Positions 38,023 to 47,805 of a stretch of 64,000 nucleotides of DNA are shown here, one piece after another. The DNA lies in assembly GCA_964291405.2 (NCBI GenBank), contig OZ219926.1, positions 3,680,001 through 3,744,000 of the forward strand. Direction: 5' to 3'. Within the stretch, counting starts at the first letter, position 1, and each line of letters opens with the position of its first letter. A model generated the notes under the pieces. The model was not told the origin of the DNA and did not search any database. It worked only from the letters and a program-made list of their open reading frames with translations. Position numbers and translations under genes: made by a program. This stretch comes from Thermodesulfobacteriota bacterium (lineage in GTDB: Bacteria; Desulfobacterota; Binatia; Bin18).

Positions 38023-39753
38023 CTACTCCCGAACCGCGAACACCCATAGCACTCCGCCCTGCGGGACGTGCGTCTTGGTGCCGTAGAAGGTATTCAGCAT
38101 CTCCTGTTTCCGCTCTGCATCCACGCCCCAGCCTGACAGCACGGCAACATACTGGACCCCATCGACTTGATACGTTGTAGGAACGCCCGTTACCCCGGAA
38201 TTTGTACGTTGCTGCCATAAGACTTGGCCGGTCTTGGCGTCAAAGGCACGAAAGTAGCGGTCATTGGTCCCACCCATAAAAACAAGACCGCCGCCGGTTG
38301 TGAGCACCGGCCCCCAATTGTGACTCTTAAAGGTAGAGGTCCAGACTTTCTTGCCCGCGTTCAAATCCCAAGCCTGGAGCTCGCCAATATGGTCTTTGGC
38401 GTCCGGATGGGGCAGCAATTCGAAATCGTCGGGAAACGCGACGCCCATATAGAGCTGACCGGGTCGATAGGTTTCTTCTCGACCAGTCAGCGCGCCGCAC
38501 AGGTTCTCGTTGGCCGGGACGTAGAGCAGGCCGGTATTGGGATTATACGCCGCCGGTGGCCAGTCCTTGCCCCCCCACGAGGAAGGGCAGTACTCGGCAC
38601 GTCGTCCGATACCGGGAATTTTCGTGGTATCGTATTCAGGTCGGCCCGTTTCAGGGTCAATACTTTTGAAGACATTCTGGCGAACAAAGGGCTGGGCTTC
38701 CACAAAATTGATCTGGTCCGCGCTCCGCTCCAGCGTCCACAGATAGCCGTTACGCGCGGGATGCACCAAGCCTTTAAAGGCCCGGTCGCCCTTTTTGACA
38801 TCGATCAACAGCGGAGCGGACACCTCATCCCAGTCCCATGAACCGTTCCAGTGGTATTGATGGTGCGCCTTCAGCTCACCGCTGTCCGCGTCCAAGGCGA
38901 TGACCGAAGTCGAATACAGATTATTCCCCGGTCGAGCCTCGCCCATGAACGGGCCGGCATTTCCGGTTCCCCAGAAGGTGAGGTTGAGGTCCGGGTCATA
39001 GCTGCCGGTCACCCAAATCGACACTCCGCCGGTCTTCCAGCTCTCGTCCGCCCAACTCTCGTGGCCGGGCTCTCCCGGTCCGGGAACAGTATGGGTTTTC
39101 CAGATGGATTTTCCGGTCTCAGCATCAAGGGCCTGGATAAAGCCACGGATACCAAACTCTCCACCAGACATACCGACAATGATTTTACCGTTCACCGCCA
39201 AGGGAGCGAGGGTCATGTAATAACCGGACAAATAGTCTTCGAGCTCTTCCTCCCAGACCACTTCGCCCGTTTTGGCGTCCAGGGCGACCACACAGGTATC
39301 GACCGTCCCGAAGTAGACTTTATCGCCATACAGGGCGACACCACGATTGGTCGGATGCAACTGGAACAGGTCTTCGGGTAAATCGCGCTCATAACGCCAC
39401 AAGAGGTCGCCCGTCTTGGCATTAAAGGCAAAGACCTGATTTTCGGGGGACGTGACGAACATGACACCATTGTTCACGATCGGCGGGGCTTGATGACCCT
39501 CCGTCACGCCGGTCGAAAAGGTCCAGACCGGAACGAGCTTGCCCACATTGGCGGGCGTAATCTGATCCAAGGGACTATAGCCCCAGCTATTATACGTCCC
39601 GCGATACATGAGCCAATTTTCAGGCTCGGGCTGCAACAGCCGTTGTGTGGTCACGGGCGTATAGTCCTGCTGCTGGGCGCTTACCAGAACGGGCGCAAAC
39701 CCGAAGAGACTGACGAGGAGACTTGTGAGGAGGCTAAACGTGCTGTATCGCAT
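38023..39753 (-). CDS. Periplasmic PQQ-dependent dehydrogenase (methanol/ethanol family)
   Basis: Signal peptide, YSPLDQIT..NV..L...WTF, NRGVA, GTGN, WDWDE, tryptophan docking repeats. Confidence 0.92.
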   Translation of the reverse strand: MRYSTFSLLTSLLVSLFGFAPVLVSAQQQDYTPVTTQRLLQPEPENWLMYRGTYNSWGYSPLDQITPANVGKLVPVWTFSTGVTEGHQAPPIVNNGVMFVTSPENQVFAFNAKTGDLLWRYERDLPEDLFQLHPTNRGVALYGDKVYFGTVDTCVVALDAKTGEVVWEEELEDYLSGYYMTLAPLAVNGKIIVGMSGGEFGIRGFIQALDAETGKSIWKTHTVPGPGEPGHESWADESWKTGGVSIWVTGSYDPDLNLTFWGTGNAGPFMGEARPGNNLYSTSVIALDADSGELKAHHQYHWNGSWDWDEVSAPLLIDVKKGDRAFKGLVHPARNGYLWTLERSADQINFVEAQPFVRQNVFKSIDPETGRPEYDTTKIPGIGRRAEYCPSSWGGKDWPPAAYNPNTGLLYVPANENLCGALTGREETYRPGQLYMGVAFPDDFELLPHPDAKDHIGELQAWDLNAGKKVWTSTFKSHNWGPVLTTGGGLVFMGGTNDRYFRAFDAKTGQVLWQQRTNSGVTGVPTTYQVDGVQYVAVLSGWGVDAERKQEMLNTFYGTKTHVPQGGVLWVFAVRE

Positions 39754-39764
39754 CTGACGTATCC

Positions 39765-40394
39765 TTACTTCTTTTTCTTAAAACCGACTTTACCTATAAA
39801 GGGCCCTTTGACCGTCAGGAGCCCGTCTCTCACCTCTAATGGAAGGGTCGCCAATGGCTTAGGTGCCGGACCACCGACCACGCGGCCATGGTTTTTCGGG
39901 TCAAAGAACGACGCATGACACGGACAGACAAGCTGCTGCGTCGGTCCGATCCATTCGGACACATCACAACCCGTATGAGTGCACACGGCCGAATAGCATA
40001 CGAGTCCGTCCAATGAGCGTACACGCGTCTTTTCGCTCAGCTCTTCTGGATTCAACCGGATCAAGAGAACCTGATTGAGCCGAAACCGGCTGCGCACAGT
40101 GTCGGTCGCCGGGTCCTTGGGATAGGCGAACTCCGGGCGCTCGCCGAATGAGATGTCTTGTGGGGTGATGGCCTGCCCGGCCCGGTCTCCAAAGGCGAAC
40201 ACCAGTTGATCGCCGGGCGTAAGACGCGAACGGCGCGGGTCTTTTTTTCTCGCCGCGTTCGCCACCCGGTCAAAGACCGGCAAGCCCAGACCCAGCCCAA
40301 ACAGGCAGGTCAGCAGGGCGCGACGAGTGAGACACCGGAAGTCCGTTTTGTGTACAGCCAAGTGTAACGAATGTAGACAACCGCCGCGTGTCAT
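39765..40394 (-). CDS. Tat-exported Rieske 2Fe-2S protein
   Basis: TRRALL twin-arginine, CTHTGC and CPCH motifs, GGPAPKPL; start uncertain. Confidence 0.85.
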   Translation of the reverse strand: MTRGGCLHSLHLAVHKTDFRCLTRRALLTCLFGLGLGLPVFDRVANAARKKDPRRSRLTPGDQLVFAFGDRAGQAITPQDISFGERPEFAYPKDPATDTVRSRFRLNQVLLIRLNPEELSEKTRVRSLDGLVCYSAVCTHTGCDVSEWIGPTQQLVCPCHASFFDPKNHGRVVGGPAPKPLATLPLEVRDGLLTVKGPFIGKVGFKKKK

Positions 40395-40510
40395 CACTGT
40401 TCCTCGCCGCAACCTTCTACTGGCGTGGAACAGTGCAGTCAACGGGATGGAAGAGTGGATGGGGTAGAGGGTCTCCTACCCCTCCGCTCTCAAGAGGGGA
40501 AAGACGCTAC

Positions 40511-41713
40511 CTACTGAATCTTATCCGTAAAATTCGGCAACACTTTTTCGGTCAGCAGCTCGAAGCTGTGCATGACGTTCTTGTGCGGCACGAGCTCATT
40601 ATAGGTGTAGAGCCAGAAGTACTCGGCCGGCAACTTTTTGAAGATCGCCTCAAACTTGCGGCTCACAGTATCCGGGCTGCCGCAAATGGTGAGGCCGCGC
40701 TCGACCATGGACTCGAACGTATTCGGAATCGTCCGGTAATCCTCATCAACCCGCATCAGGGCGGCGTTAAAGCCGAACGGCTCAAAGAACTTGGTCCAGA
40801 TAAAACAGCCGCTCTCTCTGCCCAGGGCCATAGCTTCTTCGTCCGTGTCGGCCACGATCACCTCGCGCACCAGGCCGACACCTTGACCGAAGTCCAGGCT
40901 CTTACCGACTTCAGCCGCGCCTTCCTGGCAGGCGCGGAACTGGCCAGAGCAGATATCCGGGTCACAGACAACGGTCAGCGGGACCACATTGTTCTGGGCG
41001 GCCCAGCGGACCGAGGACTCCGAAAAGCTAAACGGCTGGAAGAGGGGCGGGTGAGGCTTCTGATACGGTTCGGGCACCGTGCCTATCTCGGTCAGGATAC
41101 CCTTGTCATCTACGCCCTGGCCAAACTCGCGGGTGACATTATGCGCCGGCCAGAAAACGTCCTTGGGCGGAATCTGCCAGTGCTTGCCCGAATGACTGAA
41201 GGTCGGGCTGGTCCAGGCCTTCATGATAATTTGAAAATGTTCCTGGTAGAGTTCTCTCTTGAGCTCTTCGTACCGTTCCGGGTCGGTGTTGTTGTCGGCC
41301 AGTATATCATAGTGCTGCCCCAGGGTGTTGACCCAGCGCGGCTGATAGCCCCGGGCAAAGCCAACAAAGGCCCGGCCTTTTGTGACTTGATCGAGAATGG
41401 CGGTGTCTTCAGCCACGCGAATGGGATTCTGGCAGGGGAGGACCAGGCCGAGTTGTCCCAGCCGGATATTCTCGGTCTGCATGCCGAGATACAGGTCGAG
41501 CATGAGGGGGTTGGTCGAAACCTCTTCGCCTTCGATATGGAAATGGTGTTCGGTGAAGCCGATACCATAATAGCCGTGCGCGTCGAGATATTGAGCCTGT
41601 TCAGACAGATTGCGCAGCATGCGCTGGTAGAGGTCTGTCCGCCGACCGGCCATACCTGCTTGCAGCTCACTCTTGTTGCCAATCGCGGGAAGATAGAAAA
41701 CACCGAATTCCAT
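40511..41713 (-). CDS. Luciferase-like flavin monooxygenase (LLM)
   Basis: FTEHH, NPIRVAED.A.LD..TKGR..VGFARGYQ. Confidence 0.9.
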   Translation of the reverse strand: MEFGVFYLPAIGNKSELQAGMAGRRTDLYQRMLRNLSEQAQYLDAHGYYGIGFTEHHFHIEGEEVSTNPLMLDLYLGMQTENIRLGQLGLVLPCQNPIRVAEDTAILDQVTKGRAFVGFARGYQPRWVNTLGQHYDILADNNTDPERYEELKRELYQEHFQIIMKAWTSPTFSHSGKHWQIPPKDVFWPAHNVTREFGQGVDDKGILTEIGTVPEPYQKPHPPLFQPFSFSESSVRWAAQNNVVPLTVVCDPDICSGQFRACQEGAAEVGKSLDFGQGVGLVREVIVADTDEEAMALGRESGCFIWTKFFEPFGFNAALMRVDEDYRTIPNTFESMVERGLTICGSPDTVSRKFEAIFKKLPAEYFWLYTYNELVPHKNVMHSFELLTEKVLPNFTDKIQ

Positions 41714-41823
41714 AGGTCACTCCTTGTTGCGAAATGGTTTGCCGTCTCTGTCCGTGGGGAAGTTTGAGAAGCGGAGGTGAAAAAAGCGAGGAGGCCAAAA
41801 GGCCCCCTACCGTGTTCGTTAAT

Positions 41824-42657
41824 CTACGCCTCAGGTGGAAAGAAAACCAGCGTCCGCGTCTCAATGCTCTCCCGAGCCGGTGCGTCCGATGGAGACATCG
41901 GGTCTTCAAACGCCGAATGCGCGGTGAAACGCGCCCGCCCATCAGTGGCCGAGTCATAGCACTTGAGCAGCATGGCCTCATTGCGCTCCATCTGCGGGAA
42001 ATAAAACCAGCGGTGGTTGGGGTTATGGGAGACCGAATAGACCTCACCGGTCCGGTCTTCGTATTTCAGGTCGGTTTCGTTAAAGTCGTCCTGCGTCATG
42101 CTGGCGGCATCGCATACGGCCAGCGGAGCGTCCTGCACCGGGCCGCGGATCGGTCTCCAGACATTGATGACGGCAAAGCGATGTTGCAACCGCTCTTCGG
42201 CTTCTTCGGCCGGTAGCAGGTCGCGTACTCGCTGCGGACCGGACTGAAGAGTATAATCGTTGTGGGCAAACTTGACTGGCTCGCGGGCGCCATTCTCGCC
42301 ACGAGCGCACATCGGAGCGCAGCGCACGTTATGATCGAAGACGTGGACCTTCTCGGCACCGGTCATTTTTTTGATCAGCTCGACAACCTCAGGATAATAG
42401 ACTGCTTTGACTTCTTCGGCGTCATAAAAGTTTTCGACCGCGGTTTCATGCTGCGTAAAGGTGATGCCCTGCTTATCGAGCGAGATTTCGTCGAGGTGCT
42501 CGCGGGCATTCTGAATCGCCATCGTGTGTTTAACCTGGGTGGTATTCCGCTGGGGGACACCGGTGGGCGGGGTACACAGGTAATAGGTCGGTTTCTCTTG
42601 CCGGTCTTCAACCTTGAGATAACTCATTGGAGCGTTGACGTGCGATGCTGCTTTCAT
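41824..42657 (-). CDS. CmcJ/NvfI/AsaB-family oxidoreductase
   Basis: FDHNVR, HNDYT, INVWRPI, PLA.CDA, TAHSAF, RESIE.R; GGAGG RBS. Confidence 0.85.
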   Translation of the reverse strand: MKAASHVNAPMSYLKVEDRQEKPTYYLCTPPTGVPQRNTTQVKHTMAIQNAREHLDEISLDKQGITFTQHETAVENFYDAEEVKAVYYPEVVELIKKMTGAEKVHVFDHNVRCAPMCARGENGAREPVKFAHNDYTLQSGPQRVRDLLPAEEAEERLQHRFAVINVWRPIRGPVQDAPLAVCDAASMTQDDFNETDLKYEDRTGEVYSVSHNPNHRWFYFPQMERNEAMLLKCYDSATDGRARFTAHSAFEDPMSPSDAPARESIETRTLVFFPPEA

Positions 42658-42763
42658 AGAGGCTCCTCCCTCACTTGTGCTCCTCAGTAGCGTAGCGACA
42701 CGATTATAGCGGTCTCGCTGCGCTTGTACAGTCGGCTTTCCCCAGAAAAACGAAGGAGGCCGT

Positions 42764-43336
42764 TTATCGAGGCAGTCCGTACGCCTCGCCACGGGCCAGG
42801 AATTCAGTCACATCATTGGCCATGAGGAGAATATCGTGCGTCTTGCCGGCCCGGTCTTTGACTTCGTCGCGTAAAATCGCTTCCGCCCGAAAGCCAAGCT
42901 CTTCGAACACGGTGCGGGCGCCGGTTTGATCCAGCGTCATACGCGCGGCGACTTTTTGGATCCCTAACGAGAGGGCGACGTTGAACGCCTCGCGGGTCAA
43001 CAAGCGGCCCAGGCCCATCTTGCGTGCGTCTGGGGCAATCAGCACCCGGATTTCAGCCACATGGCGCGACCAGTCAAAGTCATTCCGATACAGGGTGGCG
43101 TAGCCCAGGAGTTGGGTCTCGCTCTCCGCAAGCAGGGTATACATCTTTTCACTGGAGATATCGTGTAGCCAGCGGTCTATAGATGATTGTTTGGTAATAT
43201 CCCGGCGCAAAAACATCAGGTCGTGATAGGGGAGCTGTTGGGCAAAATCCAGCATTAACGGCCCATCGTCCGCACCCATCATCCGCAGGCTCAGGGCTGT
43301 ACCTTTGACTTCAACGGTTTTGGGAAAGCCTTCCAC
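42764..43336 (-). CDS. GNAT acetyltransferase
   Basis: ARKMGLGRLL acetyl-CoA motif, FEELGF; GAGGAG RBS before the GTG. Confidence 0.8.
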   Translation of the reverse strand: MEGFPKTVEVKGTALSLRMMGADDGPLMLDFAQQLPYHDLMFLRRDITKQSSIDRWLHDISSEKMYTLLAESETQLLGYATLYRNDFDWSRHVAEIRVLIAPDARKMGLGRLLTREAFNVALSLGIQKVAARMTLDQTGARTVFEELGFRAEAILRDEVKDRAGKTHDILLMANDVTEFLARGEAYGLPR

Positions 43337-43367
43337 GCTATTCTCCTCTTTCTGTGTGATCGCTCTC

Positions 43368-44450
43368 TCAGACCGAACGCCGTGACAGCCATGTATCCAA
43401 CTTTGGCCACAGGCGATAGATGGCGTTCCCCCCAGCGACCAGGCTGACATGGCCGCCCTTGAGAACAATTTCAGACTTGTCTGGACTGCCTACCAGCTTT
43501 ACCAGGTCCTGCGAGGCGGCCGAAGGAACGATATGGTCGTGCTGGGCCGCAACGTGCAGAAAGGGAACAATGATGTTCCCCAGGTCGACCCTGCGACCGT
43601 CCAACTCAAACGTCTTCCGCACGAGCTTATTCTCGCGCATAAAGTCGTTGACCAACTGGCGGGCGGTTTCCCCCGGAAAGGGAATATGATCCGCGGCCCA
43701 GCGGTCAAAACGCAGGTGGGCGGTGACAAAGGATTCGTTTTGGGCGTTGTCGAGCAGCTTCATCTGGCCGGCGCTTTTCTGAAACGGTCGCAGCATCTGG
43801 ATCGAGGCGTCCATCAGCTCCGAGGGGATATTGCCCAGACTATCGATCAGCCGGTCGAGATCAAAATGCGCCGGGTCGGTCCAGGTGCGGTAGAGCGACA
43901 TGCCGTCCGAGTTCACCGGCGTAGTAAAACACACCAGATTTTTGAGCGGACCGTCGGGATACAGGGCCGCGTACAGCGCCGCCAGAACTCCACCCAGGCA
44001 ATAGCCGATCATAGACACGTCGGGCTCTCCCGAATCTTCGCCCACCATCGCTACGCACTCGGGGATGAAATCGGTCACATAGTCGTCCAGTTTGAGATGT
44101 TTATGTTCACGTCGCGGCACCCCCCAGTCGATCAGATACACGTCAAAACCCTGGAGTAGCAGATATTCGATAAGACTCTGACCTTTGGCCAGGTCGAGAA
44201 TATAGGGCCGGCTGACCAGGGACATGACGAGCAAGACCGGAACCCGATACACCTCGGGGCTGAGGGGACGATAGTGGTAGAGCTTCATCGTGCCGCGTGA
44301 GTGTATGACATCTTTCGGGGTCGGCCCAACCTCAAGGTCTAGTTCGAGTGGGGCCGGCAGGTCCGGGACGTTGCGCTGAATGGCACGGTCAACTGTTTCC
44401 CGCGCCTTTGTTGCAACGTCTTCGTGTGACAGTTGTTGGGTCTGTTGCAT
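43368..44450 (-). CDS. phaC: Class III-type PHA synthase subunit PhaC
   Basis: SLVSRPYILDL, DVYLIDWG, GYCLGG, DHIV, GGH. Confidence 0.85.
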   Translation of the reverse strand: MQQTQQLSHEDVATKARETVDRAIQRNVPDLPAPLELDLEVGPTPKDVIHSRGTMKLYHYRPLSPEVYRVPVLLVMSLVSRPYILDLAKGQSLIEYLLLQGFDVYLIDWGVPRREHKHLKLDDYVTDFIPECVAMVGEDSGEPDVSMIGYCLGGVLAALYAALYPDGPLKNLVCFTTPVNSDGMSLYRTWTDPAHFDLDRLIDSLGNIPSELMDASIQMLRPFQKSAGQMKLLDNAQNESFVTAHLRFDRWAADHIPFPGETARQLVNDFMRENKLVRKTFELDGRRVDLGNIIVPFLHVAAQHDHIVPSAASQDLVKLVGSPDKSEIVLKGGHVSLVAGGNAIYRLWPKLDTWLSRRSV

Positions 44451-44455
44451 GGGCT

Positions 44456-44860
44456 CTAATCCCTTTCTTCAGCGGACTCCTTGGGCTGTTTAGTGCGTTT
44501 CGGACGGATGGGCGCGTCGTCCGCAGCCCCGCCCTCATATTCCGCCAGCAAGCGGCGCAGATGCCGGACCTCCACCTGGAGTCCGGCCACGTTATCTTCG
44601 AGTTCGCCGACCCGGTCGCTCAGTGCGATAATATCCGTGCGGGACGGGAGGTTGAGGGCGGCCAAGTATTGGGCCATGGATTCGGTAAACATGCGGTGCA
44701 GATGCATCGCTTCTTGGACATACTTGCCCGTGGATTGGGCAAACTGATCATTGCCCAGGATGCCCGACAGCGCGTCGCTCCATTGCTTCTCTGACTTTTG
44801 GTACCATTCGCGCCAAGTCCGGAGCGGATCGAAATTTTGCGTGTCTTCAGTTTTGTCCAT
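44456..44860 (-). CDS. PhaE/PhaR-like synthase accessory subunit
   Basis: DP...WREWY...EKQW, LNLPSRTDI..L..R...LE; AGGAG RBS before the ATG at 44860. Confidence 0.7.
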   Translation of the reverse strand: MDKTEDTQNFDPLRTWREWYQKSEKQWSDALSGILGNDQFAQSTGKYVQEAMHLHRMFTESMAQYLAALNLPSRTDIIALSDRVGELEDNVAGLQVEVRHLRRLLAEYEGGAADDAPIRPKRTKQPKESAEERD

Positions 44861-45154
44861 GCGAACGCTCTCCTTTACGGGCTGATTGGAGGGAGGAGGG
44901 AAAGAGAAGTGGAGGTCAATACTGATTTCAGCGGCCACGATAGGAGGCGTGGCAAGGATGCACAAGGCGATGGGTGTCACATAGGTGACGGAAAGCGCCA
45001 TTTCTCCCAATAATTCGATGTTTTTGTTACGTGCGTGACAAACCGTGCTGGACTCGACGCGCGGGAAGTCCAACGGCGGTGACGTGCGGACGACGAGCGC
45101 GGGAACATGTGGTAGAGTCGAAAGCCTGCTTCGAGAGCGAGCCTGGCAGACGCA

Positions 45155-47740
45155 ATGGCCAAAAAGAATACATCTCACTCTTCCCCATCTGCCGTACGAA
45201 CGGCAACCGACATGATGGAGCAGTACTGGCAGGTCAAGGAACAGTACAAAGAGGAACTGCTGTTCTACCGTTTCGGCGATTTCTACGAGATGTTTTTTGA
45301 CGATGCGGCAGTCGCGGCACGTGAATTGGACATCGTGCTGACTGCTCGCGCGCACGGAAAAGGCAGCGAAAAGGTCCCCATGTGCGGGGTGCCGCATTAC
45401 CGCCTGGAGCCGTATCTCACCCGGCTGGTCGAGAAGGGCTATAAGGTGGCGGTGTGTGAACAGCTTGAGGAATCCCACAAGGGAAAAGGGATTATTCCGC
45501 GCGATGTTGTTCGCATAGTCACACCGGGGACGTTGTTTGAATCCGAGAGTCGGGAACGAACGCTGGTTGCCGTGTTGTCCGAGAAAGATGCGGTCGGCGT
45601 CGCCAGTCTGGACCTGGCGACGGCCGAATTTCTGGTTGCCGAAACAAACGTCTCTGATTTGCCCAGCCTGCTGGAGAACCTCCAACCACAAGAATTGGTC
45701 TGTGGGGCGGGCGAGTCTTGCGACGCGGGTTGGGGTCGTCAGATCTGCCGCACCGAACGCCCGGCCGAGGCGTTTCGCTTTGAGCGGGTACGTACAGTCC
45801 TCAGCAAGCAGTTTGGTCGCAAGCGCATTGACGCTCTCGTTTTCTCCCATCGGCGTGCTCTGTGCGCAGCCGGGGCGTTATTCGCCTATGCGCGGGAAAC
45901 GCAGCGTGCGTTTCTACCCCATATCCGTGCGCCTGAGCCGTATCGGCACGATGCCTTTGTCGTGCTCGACCCGCAGACACAGCGCAACCTTGAACTGGTA
46001 GAAAATGTATTTGAGGGCTCGGCCGAGGGAACCGTGCTGGCCGTGCTGGACCACACCACCACCCGGATGGGTAAGCGGCGCTTGCGACACTGGGTGCTGC
46101 ACCCTCTGCGCGCGGTCGATGATATTCACACCCGACAGGAAGCGGTTGGCGAACTGAGCTGCCGACATGATGTGCGGACAGAGTTGCGGCGTGTCCTCTC
46201 CGGCCTGCCGGACCTCGAACGTCTGACTTCACGCATTACGTCCGCGATTGCCAACCCGCGGGACTTGGCCGCTCTGAGATCTGCCTTGGTTCGTCTGCCT
46301 GACCTCCACGCCACCCTGACCAGGGTCGGAAGCCGTCTGCTCACAACGTATTGTGAAGCAATCGATCTGCTCGACGATGTGACCGCCGAGATTGCGCGCA
46401 CCCTTCTCGACGAGCCGAAACCCACGGCCAAAGAGGGTGGGCTGATTCGGGCCGGCGTCTCTGCCGACCTGGACGAACTGCGGGCGATTCAGACCAATGG
46501 AACGGGCTGGCTGGCCGAGTATGAACAGCAAGAGCGGGAACGCGCTCAGATTCCCAACCTCAAGGTCGGTTTCAACAAGGTCTTCGGGTATTACGTGGAA
46601 GTCACCAAGTCTGCACTGAGCCGTGTTCCCAAGAACTACATTCGCCGTCAAACTCTGGTCAACGCCGAACGCTTTGTCACGGATGAACTGCGCGCCTTTG
46701 AATCCACGGTTTTGTCCGCGACAGACCGGGGCAATCAATTAGAGTATGCCCTCTTTACCCGACTCAGACAGCAGGTCGCCGCCCAGGCCGAGCGGCTGCG
46801 ACGCACTGCGACCACCCTCGGTATCCTCGACGCGCTGATTTCACTGGCGGAGTTAGCCGCGAAGAAGGGATGGATTCGTCCCGACGTCACCGACGAGTAC
46901 GAGCTGCTCATAGAAGAGGGCCGGCATCCGGTCCTTGATACGCGTAACGCGCAGTTCGTGCCGAACGACCTGCGCTTGGATGCCAGCCGGCACGTCCTGA
47001 TCATCACTGGTCCCAATGCCGCTGGAAAAAGCACCTATGCGCGTCAGGCGGCTCTACTCGTCCTGCTGGCCCAAATGGGGAGTTTCATTCCTGCCCAGTC
47101 TGCCACCATTGGGGCTGTAGACCGTATTTTTACGCGGGTCGGCGCGGCGGATTTTCTGGCGCAAGGGTTATCGACCTTTATGGTCGAAATGATGGAGACG
47201 GCGAACATCCTGAAGCATGCAACCGAGCGGAGTCTGGTCATTCTCGACGAAGTCGGCCGGGGAACCGGTACGACGGATGGCCGTGCCCTGGCTCAGGCGG
47301 TTGCCGAAAAGCTCGCTACCCAGGTTCGGGCCAAGACCCTGTTTACTACTCATTATCACGAACTGGCGCCGATCGCAGACGCTTTGCCCGGAGTGGCCAA
47401 CGCCCGGCTTGAGGTTCGCGAGAACCGGGACGAAGTAAGTTTTCTCTATAAGGTTGTGCCGGGGGCGGCCCAAAAGAGTTACGGCCTGTATGTCGCCAAA
47501 CTTGCCGGACTGCCCCCCGATGTGGTCGAGCGGGCCGAGACGTTATTAGCCGAATTTGAAGCGGGACAGCCACCCTCCGATAGTCGGCGGCAAAGCGTGG
47601 AACGGCCCCAAGCACCCGGCGAGCAGGCCGTTGTATCCCGTCTCGCCCAGATTGACCCCCTGCGGACCACGCCGATTGAGGCGCTGCTGTTGATTGCCGA
47701 ATTGAAGCAAATGGCTGAGGGGAGAGAGGGTAAGGCGTAG
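45155..47740 (+). CDS. mutS: DNA mismatch repair protein MutS
   Basis: GDFYEMF, GPNAAGKS, STFMVEM, DEVGRGT, THYHEL. Confidence 0.97.
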   Translation: MAKKNTSHSSPSAVRTATDMMEQYWQVKEQYKEELLFYRFGDFYEMFFDDAAVAARELDIVLTARAHGKGSEKVPMCGVPHYRLEPYLTRLVEKGYKVAVCEQLEESHKGKGIIPRDVVRIVTPGTLFESESRERTLVAVLSEKDAVGVASLDLATAEFLVAETNVSDLPSLLENLQPQELVCGAGESCDAGWGRQICRTERPAEAFRFERVRTVLSKQFGRKRIDALVFSHRRALCAAGALFAYARETQRAFLPHIRAPEPYRHDAFVVLDPQTQRNLELVENVFEGSAEGTVLAVLDHTTTRMGKRRLRHWVLHPLRAVDDIHTRQEAVGELSCRHDVRTELRRVLSGLPDLERLTSRITSAIANPRDLAALRSALVRLPDLHATLTRVGSRLLTTYCEAIDLLDDVTAEIARTLLDEPKPTAKEGGLIRAGVSADLDELRAIQTNGTGWLAEYEQQERERAQIPNLKVGFNKVFGYYVEVTKSALSRVPKNYIRRQTLVNAERFVTDELRAFESTVLSATDRGNQLEYALFTRLRQQVAAQAERLRRTATTLGILDALISLAELAAKKGWIRPDVTDEYELLIEEGRHPVLDTRNAQFVPNDLRLDASRHVLIITGPNAAGKSTYARQAALLVLLAQMGSFIPAQSATIGAVDRIFTRVGAADFLAQGLSTFMVEMMETANILKHATERSLVILDEVGRGTGTTDGRALAQAVAEKLATQVRAKTLFTTHYHELAPIADALPGVANARLEVRENRDEVSFLYKVVPGAAQKSYGLYVAKLAGLPPDVVERAETLLAEFEAGQPPSDSRRQSVERPQAPGEQAVVSRLAQIDPLRTTPIEALLLIAELKQMAEGREGKA

Positions 47741-47805
47741 GGGTCGTACACCGAGACTCTCGACAAGTGAAGCCTCGCCTTGCTGCCATACGGACATCCC
47801 TAGCC

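Noticed and set aside
20062-41713. Bioluminescence system from luxC/luxE plus the two LLM genes
   Set aside because: The LLMs are unlinked generic family members, with no luxAB pair or luxD.
45040-45150. Possible hairpins upstream of mutS (CCGT..TGGACT/AGTCCA.ACGG)
   Set aside because: No recognisable riboswitch or ncRNA consensus, and such pairing is expected by chance in GC-rich DNA.
44861-45850. 464-aa minus-strand ORF 44456-45850
   Set aside because: Only the last 134 codons (from the ATG at 44860, with RBS) look real; the rest is antisense to mutS.
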